A DNA stretch of 64,000 nt from contig CALITC010000010.1 of assembly GCA_938041505.1 (NCBI GenBank), forward strand, positions 576 through 64,575, given 5' to 3'. Numbering within the stretch: the stretch's first letter is position 1; every line of letters begins with the position of its first letter. The translations under genes and the position numbers were made by a program. This document shows, one piece after another, positions 47,583 to 57,539 of the stretch. The notes under the pieces were generated by a model. It saw only the letters and a program-made list of their open reading frames with translations, ran no database searches and was not told the DNA's origin. The stretch is from an uncultured Patescibacteria group bacterium. Its GTDB lineage: Bacteria; Patescibacteriota; JACMRA01.

Positions 47583-48605
47583 TTATTTTGACTTTGTTTT
47601 ACGCACCTCTAAGAGACCAATGTACAGAACTACCGCTATTGGTACAGCCAATAAGGCACCTAATGGCCCTCCTAGCTTCGAACCTATTGTTACCGCTAAG
47701 ATTATTACTATCGGGTTAAGGCCGACTGCTTGATTCATTACTTTTGGAACTACAAATATTCCTTCTAGCTGCTGTACTATAAAATAGAATATAGCAACAC
47801 TCACAACTTGTAAAGTGCTATTTTGACCAGTGGTTGCGGCGATCATTATAGCTGGGACTGCAGACAAAATCGGACCAATAATTGGAATTACTTCGAACAA
47901 ACCCGCGATAATTGCAAGTGGCAATGCTAATTGCACACCAATCAAACTCAAACCTAAATACGTTATTACACCTATTATCAGCATAACAAATATTTGTCCA
48001 CGCAGCCAAACCCCCAGTTTCTGCTCTACAGTATCCCAAAGCTTTGAAATTTTGTATTGGTTTTTATCACTAGCAAAATTTAAGAAAAATTCTTTGATTA
48101 CTCCATGATCTGCTAGAAGATAGAACGTCAGCACTATAAGTGTGATTACCGAAAGAAAGCCATCGAAAACACTTGCTCCAAGCTTGAGTATATCTCCAGA
48201 TGAATCTTGCAACCACCCAAATAAATAATTTTGGATAGCCACTTCAAGCTCAACCTTATTATCGACGTTAAATATTCTTTCTAGAGGGAGGTTACTTGTA
48301 AGATCTGCTATAATAACGGGTGTTTGATCAATAAGGGCTTGTGTTTCTATCACAACATTTGGTACAACTGGAGCTAGTAGCAGATAGGAGAGCGCTCCTC
48401 CAACAATCACCAAGCAGAAAATAGTAAGAAGTCGAGGAATTTTTTTTGCCTCTAGGTAATCCACTATAGGGTTTAGTGATGAGGTTATAATAATCGCCAA
48501 AAAGACTAGTGCAACAATTTCTTTTACCTGATATAAAAGAAAACAAACCAATCCTAGAAGTATTAGTTTTACCACATCTTGGATGTTGGCTTCGAAATTG
48601 AACAT
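47583..48605 (-). CDS. AI-2E family transporter (PerM-like)
   Basis: 7-8 TM segments with the ..FEVIPIIGPILSAVPA.. motif. Confidence 0.75.
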   Translation of the reverse strand: MFNFEANIQDVVKLILLGLVCFLLYQVKEIVALVFLAIIITSSLNPIVDYLEAKKIPRLLTIFCLVIVGGALSYLLLAPVVPNVVIETQALIDQTPVIIADLTSNLPLERIFNVDNKVELEVAIQNYLFGWLQDSSGDILKLGASVFDGFLSVITLIVLTFYLLADHGVIKEFFLNFASDKNQYKISKLWDTVEQKLGVWLRGQIFVMLIIGVITYLGLSLIGVQLALPLAIIAGLFEVIPIIGPILSAVPAIMIAATTGQNSTLQVVSVAIFYFIVQQLEGIFVVPKVMNQAVGLNPIVIILAVTIGSKLGGPLGALLAVPIAVVLYIGLLEVRKTKSK

Positions 48606-48768
48606 AGTTGCATATTTACCAATACTGCTATTTTTGTCAAGTTCTTTCCACTCAAATTATTCACACTTTTATAATTAAAAAGGTGGCTTTCACTACAAAT
48701 GCTGATAGTAGAAAATAAGACCGCTCTTGTTATTAAGAACGGTAATTTTACTCATTGTGAATATTTTT

Positions 48769-50255
48769 TTAGTAAAGTATCCAAACGTATTTTGACTTCA
48801 GGCGAAAGATTTTTTTTGTACCTTTGCTCCGGTAATTATGCAGTTTGTTAATTAATACCCTACGCAACCCTTTTGATTTATAACATATTGGAATTACCTC
48901 GTAATATTCGATGAGATCGCAGATATTATCCCACATTTGTTCTTGCACCAACTGAAAGATAACTAGGATTTCACGAATCTCATTTTTAAGCTCTGGTTTT
49001 AGATCTTTTTGTCTGTCTTCAGATAGATATTTTTCCAACTTAATGCCAAGGATATTGTGTAGATAGTTAGACCCTCTTTTTCGCTTTGGGCGAGCTTGAG
49101 TACACCTCATCAAATCTACGATATTCATCCACATTTGCTCTTTAGCATAAGCGATAGTCGAGAGCATTCTATCTATCTCTGACTGAGTATACTCGTTCAT
49201 ATTTGGAGTACATCCATTGATAATGTATCCGAGTAATCGCTGGTTTAACTTTGTTAATAAAAAACTAGCTTTTGTGTCTTTTTTGATAAATCTGCGACCT
49301 CTGAACCCCAAGAAATCGAATATGTTAACCCATGCTTGCAATTCCCAATCCTCTAAGTCTTGTAATTTATAACATATCGATCTTCGTAACTCATCTGGAA
49401 TCTCTAATATAAGATACTCCTTAAGGAATTTTTGTAACACGTTGTACAGCTTTGCTTCCTTTTTGTCACGCGGCCGATGTAAATGTATAGATAAATAATA
49501 ATAAAGAGTATCGAATTCGGCGTTTTTCGGAGCTTTGTTAGAGCCGGTTAAGCCTGCAACATTGGAACCTCTATTTAAAGCCACCTCAATATCTTCAACG
49601 AATCTGTCATTGTGTATATACCGACTTATATGCTCAGCATATTCTTGCTCTAATTCAGCTTTGGTGTGTTCACATAAAGACTGTAGATCGAAATGTTTTA
49701 TATATCTAATATTAAGTACAAACCCAACGTTTCCGTATACAAAACTATCAATGATGACGTGCTCTATATTTTTTAGGTAAAATAATATGTACGGGTAGTA
49801 CCTTATACTTTTTTGTTCGCTTTTCCGCGCAAGTATTCCAAATTTTTGGTGGGTTTATTATCTTTTAGGTATCCGCCACTTTCTAACCAGCTACAGAACT
49901 TCTGAAGCCACTCCAGTTGTAACTCAGGCTTATGAAATTGATTTTTGTTACCTATTTTTAGCTTTTCATCACTTGACGTTTGGAGACCCCATGTATCGAA
50001 ATTATTTACTGGAAAGTATGTCTGGAGTATTTCAAGACATACTTCTTCAGGATTAGCTTGGTCGAAATCTCTTGATGATAAATGCTTTATAATTAAGTCA
50101 CCTACTTCTCCTGATTCAGAATTCACTAATCGGAGCCAATACTCTAGTCGATTGATTATCTCAAGATAATAGCTCTTCATTCTTGGATTAGACTGCTGCT
50201 CACTAACACTCTGCAAATTAGTAATTTTATTTCTAATATCATTCAGTAGATCCAT
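48769..50255 (-). pseudogene. Repeat-containing protein of unknown function split into two ORFs by a frameshift at a poly(A) run
   Basis: ORF 49803-50255 ends ..GKANKKV*. The downstream ORF's frame is open for 90 codons upstream of its first possible start (GVG-type start GTG 49584). One extra A in the A6 run (plus-strand T6 at 49809-49814) fuses them into roughly 495 aa. Confidence 0.55.
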
Positions 50256-50377
50256 TTAATCATATATACTACAATACCGCGTTATACTTTTATACGGATG
50301 ATTACTTGTCAATATGAGATAAAAAATAGCCCTTGTGGGCTAGATTCTATATACTTCGTGAGTCAATACTCAAGTGA

Positions 50378-52312
50378 TTAGCGAACGTTAATAATAACCG
50401 CTTGCTTGTGAGTATCCACACCGTTCAAATCTTGTGCAATGAAAGTAACTTCGTACGTTCCATCTTCTTTCCAGTTCCATGCTGCCAAGTCTACCAAAGA
50501 CTGCTTGTGAGGATATTCCTCTTGTGAGTTATTCATCCAGTTATAAGCATCTCCTCCAACTTGCCAGAACATGTTGTAATCGTTGACATCACTACCAGCA
50601 AGTAACGCCTTAAATGGCTGAACACCGTTGACATTGATTCCTTGACCTGGCCACCATACTTCGATATCTCCAAGGTTGGTTACCATTTCATCCTCTACAG
50701 TGACAACTTCGCCAGTATCGGTATCGACTTCCACCTCACCTTCAGGGTCAAGAACCACTGGAGCTGGAAGGTCGTCTAAGACATCTTCACCCCCTGCTCC
50801 AATGGCAGTCTCAACTACGCTGATAGTTTTAACTTCGTTGAACCAGCTGTATAGGTTTTGCCAGTTTCCAGAGAAAATTCCAACATTCACTTTGAAATCT
50901 CCAGCAGCTTCTGGCGTCCAGATCATTTCGAAGTTTTCCACTTCACCTCCAGCGATATCAGCACCAGTTACGAAGTCTTGGAATACTTGAGTCTCTCCAT
51001 CATAGATTTCTAAGTTTACAATAACATCCTCTGCATCAGCTTGTGACAAGTTACTTACCTCAGCACTCAATTCGATATCCTGACCCAAAACAGGGCTTTC
51101 AGGAAGATTAATCACTGTTGTTTCAAATAACAAGCCATCGTTGACTGCTGGATTTGTTGTTTCTTCTGCCTCTTCAACTACCTCTTCTTCAGCAACAGGT
51201 TCCTCTGATACCGGTGGAGTAACTACATCTGCAGGTGTACCGTTTCCATTATAGTAACGCTTCAATACTTCTCCTGCTGGTTTGTTCCATGGAGTGTAGT
51301 CAGTATTACCCTCTCCTCCATACCATGGAGCTGAGTTGTAATCCCACATATGTACACCTTTAAGATATGGTACATTCTCGAAGTAAGAAAGTAGTCCTTC
51401 ATACGCGATTTCTTGGATGTAAGGGTTGTAATTACCTCCTGAACCGTAATCCCAAGGTCGCTCTAAAGCAAAGTCAACACTTCGATATCCGATTTCAGTA
51501 AAGATAATTTCCTTACCCCATCGATCTGCTAATGGGCGAAGATCATTGTAATCAATATCTCCCCAGAAATTTTGGATGCTCTCCACATCGTACGCTCCAG
51601 CTTTACCTGGCTCGTAGTATCCAGACACTCCGATGTAGTCTAAAGCGTCCCAGAACTCGATGTTATTTTTTTCATCAAAAGCTCCACCCCAGTTACCTCC
51701 GTAGGTCAAAGCTCCTGGGTAGACTGAACGTACAGACCCAATAAGATCATACCAGTATCCTGTGTTCTCCGAATTTTGAGCAGCACTCGCAATTCCAACC
51801 ATTTCGGTACCTAGAACGATCATTTCGGCACCTGTTTCAGCACCAAGTCTACCTAAGTCGGAAGCAATTTGAGAATAATTACCAAACCATTCAGCTCGAT
51901 TACTTGGGTTGATATAAGCCCTCCAACCATCGTTAGATTCTACAAACAATTTGTAGCTTACTTCTAGTCCAAGTGATTTCGCAAAGGCAGTTCCTTCTCT
52001 AAGAGCATTATCTGATGCTGTATTCCAACCTCGGAACATTTGATTTTCACTTCTACCATATTGATAGTAGGTGGTCACTAGTGATACGTGATCTACACCT
52101 AAAGTTGTCGCATTCAAAACTGATTGCTTAAAGTCATCAGAAGCAAAATCTTCAGTCCCTCGAGATTGAAAACTCACTCCTTTTTGCCAATCTGCTGCAT
52201 ACGCTTCTGTCTTCACTGAGTTTAAAGAAACGAAACTCAAAAAAGTAGCTGCCATAAGCCCTACAGAAAATAAGGCCAGCAGCTTTTTCATGTCATGTAC
52301 TATATTTGTCAT
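50378..52312 (-). CDS. Secreted clan GH-A (TIM-barrel) glycoside hydrolase with C-terminal beta-sandwich domains
   Basis: Signal peptide. IVLGTEMVG (acid/base-like) and IIFTEIGYRS (nucleophile-like) are present. An acidic linker is followed by a CARDB-like domain and a terminal beta domain. Confidence 0.6.
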   Translation of the reverse strand: MTNIVHDMKKLLALFSVGLMAATFLSFVSLNSVKTEAYAADWQKGVSFQSRGTEDFASDDFKQSVLNATTLGVDHVSLVTTYYQYGRSENQMFRGWNTASDNALREGTAFAKSLGLEVSYKLFVESNDGWRAYINPSNRAEWFGNYSQIASDLGRLGAETGAEMIVLGTEMVGIASAAQNSENTGYWYDLIGSVRSVYPGALTYGGNWGGAFDEKNNIEFWDALDYIGVSGYYEPGKAGAYDVESIQNFWGDIDYNDLRPLADRWGKEIIFTEIGYRSVDFALERPWDYGSGGNYNPYIQEIAYEGLLSYFENVPYLKGVHMWDYNSAPWYGGEGNTDYTPWNKPAGEVLKRYYNGNGTPADVVTPPVSEEPVAEEEVVEEAEETTNPAVNDGLLFETTVINLPESPVLGQDIELSAEVSNLSQADAEDVIVNLEIYDGETQVFQDFVTGADIAGGEVENFEMIWTPEAAGDFKVNVGIFSGNWQNLYSWFNEVKTISVVETAIGAGGEDVLDDLPAPVVLDPEGEVEVDTDTGEVVTVEDEMVTNLGDIEVWWPGQGINVNGVQPFKALLAGSDVNDYNMFWQVGGDAYNWMNNSQEEYPHKQSLVDLAAWNWKEDGTYEVTFIAQDLNGVDTHKQAVIINVR

Positions 52313-52489
52313 ATTTTCTTACCTTATTAATATTATTGAATTAAAGATTTATTCTTATTTTAGTTATTTATTGTATTTAGAGTTTTTATATCTTTTTACT
52401 CATCTTAACCCCTGCGTCGTAAGACTCTAAAAGTACTTTATATATGCAAAAAATTTAGTTTTTTTGTCAAGTAATCGAGTTACCTCTTT

Positions 52490-52541
52490 TGTGGATAAAG
52501 TTATCAATAGATGTTTAATTTTGCCAAGTAGTTGTGGATTA
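52490..52541. promoter_or_regulatory. Pair of DnaA-box-like 9-mers in an AT-rich divergent intergenic region
   Basis: TGTGGATAA (52490-52498) is the perfect complement of TTATCCACA. TGTGGATTA (52533-52541) has one mismatch and the same orientation. TTATCAATA (52501-52509) has two mismatches. Confidence 0.35.
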
Positions 52542-52672
52542 TTCAAGGTTTGTATAATTTATATATAATACCTTTTATGTTATATTTTTTTGTATTTTTA
52601 TGAGACTATTTTTTTGTAATAGACACCTAAAGATTAAGGTTCTTTATGATGCAAATCAGACCATAGCTAAGG

Positions 52673-52702
52673 TTGACAAATCTACAATTTTAATGCTTTA
52701 TA
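52673..52702 (+). promoter_or_regulatory. Promoter of lysS with leaderless geometry
   Basis: TTGACA-18 nt-TTTATA with TGc immediately upstream (extended -10). The -10 box ends 8 nt before ATG 52711. Confidence 0.45.
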
Positions 52703-52710
52703 TAAGCATT

Positions 52711-54684
52711 ATGACCTTCACACCCGATTCAAAGAACGTAGAACACCAACAGCAGGGAGTCTCTCTTTCGTCTGCAAATACTCAACGCGAGCTCCGAACT
52801 AGAAAAATGAATACTCTGAGAGCTAGAGGTATCGATCCCTTTACTCCTTCATCCAAACGAGACATGCATCTTGCAGAAGCTAAGGAGCTCTTCGAAGAGG
52901 ACTTTGAAATGAAAGAGTCAGTAACATTAGTAGGTTTTGTTTCAAGCAAGCGTGGCTCTGGTAAGATCAGTTTTGCGTCAATTCAAGATGAAAGCTGTCC
53001 GGCTGGATTTCAATTCGTATTCAAAGCTGATCAGGTGGCAGGAGAAGAAGAAAATCAATTAGACTTTAAGGACTTCCAGAAACTTATTGATGAAGGGGAC
53101 TACATTCAAGCCACAGGGACACTCCAAAGATCACAGCGCGGAGAACCCTCACTGTTTGTTGATTCTTACAGACTACTAACCAAATCTTTGCGGCCTCTTC
53201 CTGATAAGATTGAAAATATCGAAGATAAATACCGCCGCCGATATCTAGACATGAAACTCAACCCAGAAGTGCGCGAAATGTTCAAACAAAAAAGCAGGTT
53301 TTGGTCATCAACTCGCGACTTTATGGTTAAGAGTGGGTTCTTAGAGGTAAGTATGCCTACGCTTGAGCATACAACTGGAGGCGCCGAAGCAGAACCTTTT
53401 GTTACACACCACAATGCCCTGGATCAAGATTTTTACTTACGAATCAGCTCCGAACTCCATCAAAAGAGGATGCTTGTCGGGGGATTTGAAAAAATTTTTG
53501 ATCTCGATAAGAACTATCGCAACGAGGGCATTGACGACGAACATTTGCAAGAATACACCCAGATGGAGTTTTATTGGGCCTACGCTGATTATAACAACCT
53601 AATGGATTATTGTGAGGAGCTTATGAAGCATGTAATCAAGCAAACTTTTGGTTCGCACACCTTAACTTACGACGAGAATACCCAGGTCGACTGGTCTAAG
53701 CAATGGCCCAGAATTCCATATTATGACTTCATTAAAGAATACGGTGGAGTTGATATTTCTCAGTGCAATACTGTAGAGCAATTGAGAGCAAAAGCAACTG
53801 AACTTAACCTAGAGTATGAAGAAAGCGACGGTGTTGGCCGGCTGATAGATCTGATCTACAAAAAAACTGCTCGCCCGAAGTGTATTGAGCCTGTTTGGCT
53901 AATCGACCAGCCAGTGGCCGTGTCTCCTTTGGCAAAGCGTATTCCAGGTAAACCAGATTTTACTCAGCGTATCCAACTTGTTGCCTATGGTAGTGAGCTT
54001 TGCAATGGTTATAGTGAGTTGAATGACCCTATTGATCAGCTTGAACGGTTCGAAGAGCAGCAAAGACTACGTGAAGAAGGAGATGGCGAGGCAATGATGC
54101 TTGATCGAGACTATGTGAATGCTTTAGAGATTGGAATGCCTCCAGCGGCAGGATTTGCCTATAGCGAACGTTTGTTTAGCATGCTGCTTCGCAAACCTAT
54201 TCGTGAGGTAACCCCATTCCCTTTAATGCGCAAAGAAAAAGCCATTACTACTGGCAAAAACAAGCAGACTATAGTTGCTCACAGTGTTATCCTCAACACA
54301 GCCGATATGCAGGCATGGGAGAAAATGAACACAGCATCTCATTTGGCTAGTTCTTTTGCGGCCCGGATTGGGACGCAACTCTTCCACACTTTAGAAAGTC
54401 CAACTAAAGACGGGGTGACCATTCTAATGAACATACAGAATGCTATTGTTATCAAGCAAGCTACCAATCCCAAAAACTTACACTCACTTATTCAGAGAGC
54501 CGAGGCTGATAACTTACATGTTGTTACGTTCACTCGAGACATGCTAAAATCAAGCGATGATGTCAAAGTAATGAAAGGCCATGCCTCAAAAAACTCTCAC
54601 GAAATTGAATACTTGGGAGCCTTAATCTATGGCCCAATAAAAAAAGTAAAACCCCTCACTGAGGACTTTGACTTATGGAGCTAA
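52711..54684 (+). CDS. lysS: Lysine--tRNA ligase (class II) fused to a ~147-aa DUF2000-like C-terminal domain
   Basis: The OB-fold and class II core are present (..FYLRISSELHQKRMLVGGFEKIFDLDKNYRNEG.., ..GYSELNDP.., ..PPAAGFAYSERL..). The extra C-terminal domain at 54241-54681 reads ..AHSVILNTADMQAWEKMNTASHLASSFAA..IEYLGALIYGP... The start is set at ATG 52711. Confidence 0.85.
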   Translation: MTFTPDSKNVEHQQQGVSLSSANTQRELRTRKMNTLRARGIDPFTPSSKRDMHLAEAKELFEEDFEMKESVTLVGFVSSKRGSGKISFASIQDESCPAGFQFVFKADQVAGEEENQLDFKDFQKLIDEGDYIQATGTLQRSQRGEPSLFVDSYRLLTKSLRPLPDKIENIEDKYRRRYLDMKLNPEVREMFKQKSRFWSSTRDFMVKSGFLEVSMPTLEHTTGGAEAEPFVTHHNALDQDFYLRISSELHQKRMLVGGFEKIFDLDKNYRNEGIDDEHLQEYTQMEFYWAYADYNNLMDYCEELMKHVIKQTFGSHTLTYDENTQVDWSKQWPRIPYYDFIKEYGGVDISQCNTVEQLRAKATELNLEYEESDGVGRLIDLIYKKTARPKCIEPVWLIDQPVAVSPLAKRIPGKPDFTQRIQLVAYGSELCNGYSELNDPIDQLERFEEQQRLREEGDGEAMMLDRDYVNALEIGMPPAAGFAYSERLFSMLLRKPIREVTPFPLMRKEKAITTGKNKQTIVAHSVILNTADMQAWEKMNTASHLASSFAARIGTQLFHTLESPTKDGVTILMNIQNAIVIKQATNPKNLHSLIQRAEADNLHVVTFTRDMLKSSDDVKVMKGHASKNSHEIEYLGALIYGPIKKVKPLTEDFDLWS

Positions 54685-54700
54685 GAACGTATCTACAGTA

Positions 54701-55267
54701 CTAGATCCTTACTCCTGAATTAAGCAGGTAAAATACACCGATGGCGAATCCAGCAACGAACCCTCCAGCATGTCCCCAGTTGTCTATATTCTGGATGGTT
54801 AAGGTTATGAATGCTAGGAAAACTATATTTATCGCCACACTACCCAAAGCGCTAATGTTTCCTGTAAGTACTGCCCAGGCTGTATAAGCACCAAATAATC
54901 CAAAGATTGCCCCAGAGGCACCGACACTAGGATTTTTGTTAAACAAGAACGAAAACAGAGATCCAGATAAAAGCGAGGAGAGGTATATCACACCAAACTG
55001 TACTGGTGTATACAATCCGTTGCGTAACAATCCAGTACCCAAGCTGTATAGTGACAACATATTAAATCCTAAGTGCATGACATCAGAATGTAAAAATCCA
55101 GCAGTGATTAACCGATAAAACTCCCCGTCCGCAATAGCTTCATTCTCTTTCCAGCCTAGTGCTAAGAAGTTCAAGAAACTTGAGGAAACTCCCGGGAACT
55201 GTATCAAAAAAGGGAGAATGTATACAACGACGTTGATGGCGATAAGCCCATATACTATAAATAACAT
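54701..55267 (-). CDS. Rhomboid-family intramembrane serine protease
   Basis: ..GFLHSDVMHLGFNML.. and the catalytic GASGAIFGLFGA motif, with His in ..NWGHAGGF.. Confidence 0.85.
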   Translation of the reverse strand: MLFIVYGLIAINVVVYILPFLIQFPGVSSSFLNFLALGWKENEAIADGEFYRLITAGFLHSDVMHLGFNMLSLYSLGTGLLRNGLYTPVQFGVIYLSSLLSGSLFSFLFNKNPSVGASGAIFGLFGAYTAWAVLTGNISALGSVAINIVFLAFITLTIQNIDNWGHAGGFVAGFAIGVFYLLNSGVRI

Positions 55268-55271
55268 AGAA

Positions 55272-55865
55272 CTATATTTTCTTTTTGTATGGCAGAACTA
55301 GGGTTGCAAGCAAACCGACAAGTAATCCGGCCAAGGCTGGTAATAATTTTACTTGAGGACTGGTATTTTGTATGGCCACTGCTTCACTGAACTCAGTTTG
55401 AGGCCTGATCTGATATTGAGCATTTCTTGTGGAATTCCATTCTTGAACGATCTGCAGATATGCTTCTTTGACCCCTTCGATAAACTTGTCACCTTCTTCT
55501 TGTGTTTTGGTTTCGGTTGATAGTGTTACGAACCCTGCGTTTGAGTTGGTTATGTTATAGAAAGCGTTCTCAAACGAATATGTTGGGGTTGCCCCCATTT
55601 TGGCTGCAATAATTTCTTGATTTTCAATCGCTGTAAAGCGCTCCTCAAGGAAAAACGAAAGGCTCTGCAGAGATTCATTATACCCAACGCTTGCTTCACC
55701 GTCTTTTGGAAAATCTGTGTTGTTGTAATTAAGTCCCACACCGACACTTGCAAAGTAATTTACCTGTTCAATCTTACCCCTCAGAGCAAAGCTACAGATG
55801 AGTGTGGTGAGCAAGATGACCCACCAGTATTTCATAAATCTGCCTAGAATATCATTAAAAGTCAT
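55272..55865 (-). CDS. Bitopic membrane protein with Wzz/chain-length-determinant-like topology
   Basis: N-terminal TM segment (YWWVILLTTLICSF), a ~140-aa periplasm-like domain, and a C-terminal TM segment (LLPALAGLLVGLLATLVL). Confidence 0.35.
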   Translation of the reverse strand: MTFNDILGRFMKYWWVILLTTLICSFALRGKIEQVNYFASVGVGLNYNNTDFPKDGEASVGYNESLQSLSFFLEERFTAIENQEIIAAKMGATPTYSFENAFYNITNSNAGFVTLSTETKTQEEGDKFIEGVKEAYLQIVQEWNSTRNAQYQIRPQTEFSEAVAIQNTSPQVKLLPALAGLLVGLLATLVLPYKKKI

Positions 55866-56011
55866 ACATTAAATTTACATTTATGCTACATTTTTTATGG
55901 ATTTGAGTCAAGTATGGGTCACGCACTTGACTACATGCTACAAAACGTTCTTAATTACGTTTACAAAAGCTTTTACTTTGTAAACTTTATAAAACTATTA
56001 AATAATCATTT

Positions 56012-56338
56012 ATGACTAAAAATAAATCATTCATCGACGAGTTCATGGGATTCGTAAAAGGATTCGGTGTAATTGGTCTGGCTATCGGTGTTGTTATCGG
56101 TGGCGCAGCAAAAACTATCGTTGACAGCCTTGTAGCAAATATCATTGAGCCTATCTTGGCTATGATCGGAGGACTCGACAACATCTCTGAATTATGGGTT
56201 GTTGAAGGAATTAAATTCGGTGCTTTCATCGGAGACCTAATCAATTTCTTGATTTTGCTTTGGATTGTATTCGTTGCTGTGAAGATCATTATCAGCCGAT
56301 TCTTGTCTCCTAAAGAGCGAGAAGACATGGGAATGTAA
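56012..56338 (+). CDS. mscL: Large-conductance mechanosensitive channel
   Basis: FIDEFMGFVKGFGVIGLAIGVVIGGAAKTIVDSLVANIIEPIL is the MscL signature. Confidence 0.9.
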   Translation: MTKNKSFIDEFMGFVKGFGVIGLAIGVVIGGAAKTIVDSLVANIIEPILAMIGGLDNISELWVVEGIKFGAFIGDLINFLILLWIVFVAVKIIISRFLSPKEREDMGM

Positions 56339-56370
56339 TTTACACCCCTAGAGTTGATTTATTGAACAAT

Positions 56371-56400
56371 AAACCCCGCAAGGGGTTTGACTTTATTCTA
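56371..56400 (+). terminator. Rho-independent terminator after mscL
   Basis: AAACCCC-gcaa-GGGGTTT followed by a T-rich tail. Confidence 0.6.
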
Positions 56401-56423
56401 ATTTTTATCTATTTATAATCTAT

Positions 56424-57122
56424 ATGAACTACCCTAACACTGCCTCCAGCTTTGGATCAAAAGCTTCTCGAACTACTGATAGAGTGGGTTTTATACGCCG
56501 CACATACCTACATCTTTTCTTAAACATAATTTTATTTAGTTTAGCAACTTTTGCGGTTTTATCTATTCCGATTATTTCAAATACGATATTCACCATTGCC
56601 GGTACTGGCTGGGGATGGTTGATTGTTCTCATTGCTTTTGGAATTGGAGCAGGTTTCCTACAATCTCTCGCTTATCGATCCTCATCTAAAGGCGTGCAGT
56701 ACGGTGCACTACTAGGTTTTATAGCCTTAGAAGCAGTCATTTTCTCACCCATCGCTGTCATTGGTGCCCGGGCCGGTGTTCTGGGTATGGGTTTGTTGGC
56801 AACAAGTGCGTTATTTGGAATTCTTACGGTGCAAGTAATGCTTACCAAACAAAACTTCGACTTTTTACGCGGCTTTTTGGTTGCCGGCAGCTTGATTTCC
56901 TTTGGGGCAATGATTGTGGGCACTATATTCAAACTAAGCATCTTTGGTACTATATTTTCAGTGCTCATGATTATTTTGATGTGTGGGTGGGTTTTGTACG
57001 ATACATCCAAAATTGTTCGCAACTATCCAACAGATAAATATATAGCAGCCTCGATTGCGATTTTTGCAGATTTTGTAACCCTTCTATGGTACGTTATCAG
57101 ACTCTTATCCAATAACAGTTAG
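56424..57122 (+). CDS. Bax inhibitor-1/YccA-family membrane protein
   Basis: Seven TM segments, N-terminal ..FIRRTYLHLFLNI.., and a C-terminal charged tail. Confidence 0.75.
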   Translation: MNYPNTASSFGSKASRTTDRVGFIRRTYLHLFLNIILFSLATFAVLSIPIISNTIFTIAGTGWGWLIVLIAFGIGAGFLQSLAYRSSSKGVQYGALLGFIALEAVIFSPIAVIGARAGVLGMGLLATSALFGILTVQVMLTKQNFDFLRGFLVAGSLISFGAMIVGTIFKLSIFGTIFSVLMIILMCGWVLYDTSKIVRNYPTDKYIAASIAIFADFVTLLWYVIRLLSNNS

Positions 57123-57203
57123 TCACTAAAAAAATATACGCTGAATTTGACTATTTTTTAAAAGACAGCTATTTGTTAATGGACCTACTACATAAACAAA
57201 AAA

Positions 57204-57467
57204 ATGAAGTTTGAAGAGTATATTCAGAATCCATTTTTTACGGACTCCGAGTTAGAAAGTATTATGCAGTGGAAGTATATTAAAATATTTTTTCTGACTA
57301 TAGCATGCTTTTCTAGTTTTCGAGTAACAATAAATATTGACCTAAATCTGTTGCACTCTATATTTGCAATGGCAGGATTAGTTTTTACATTTAGTTACGG
57401 ACTTTTTGTGTTGTTTCGTCACATCCACTTGATTAATAAGCGAGGTAATCAACTATATCCTTCATAA
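57204..57467 (+). CDS. Small hypothetical membrane protein
   Basis: 87-codon ORF with two hydrophobic segments. Confidence 0.4.
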   Translation: MKFEEYIQNPFFTDSELESIMQWKYIKIFFLTIACFSSFRVTINIDLNLLHSIFAMAGLVFTFSYGLFVLFRHIHLINKRGNQLYPS

Positions 57468-57493
57468 TTATTAATTTAAGATTCGAGTATTTA

Positions 57494-57535
57494 GCCGCCT
57501 TACAATGTATTGAGCGGCCTTTGTTGTGTATTTAT
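57494..57535 (+). terminator. Weak hairpin terminator
   Basis: GCCGC (57494-57498) pairs with GCGGC (57514-57518), followed by CTTTGTTGTGTATTT. Confidence 0.3.
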
Positions 57536-57539
57536 GGAT

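Noticed and set aside
52313-52710. T-box or other riboswitch leader upstream of lysS (and of serS at 39385-39436)
   Set aside because: No T-box consensus (AGGGUGGNACCGCG-like) or specifier/antiterminator architecture is present. The promoter boxes sit immediately before the ATG and leave no room for a leader.
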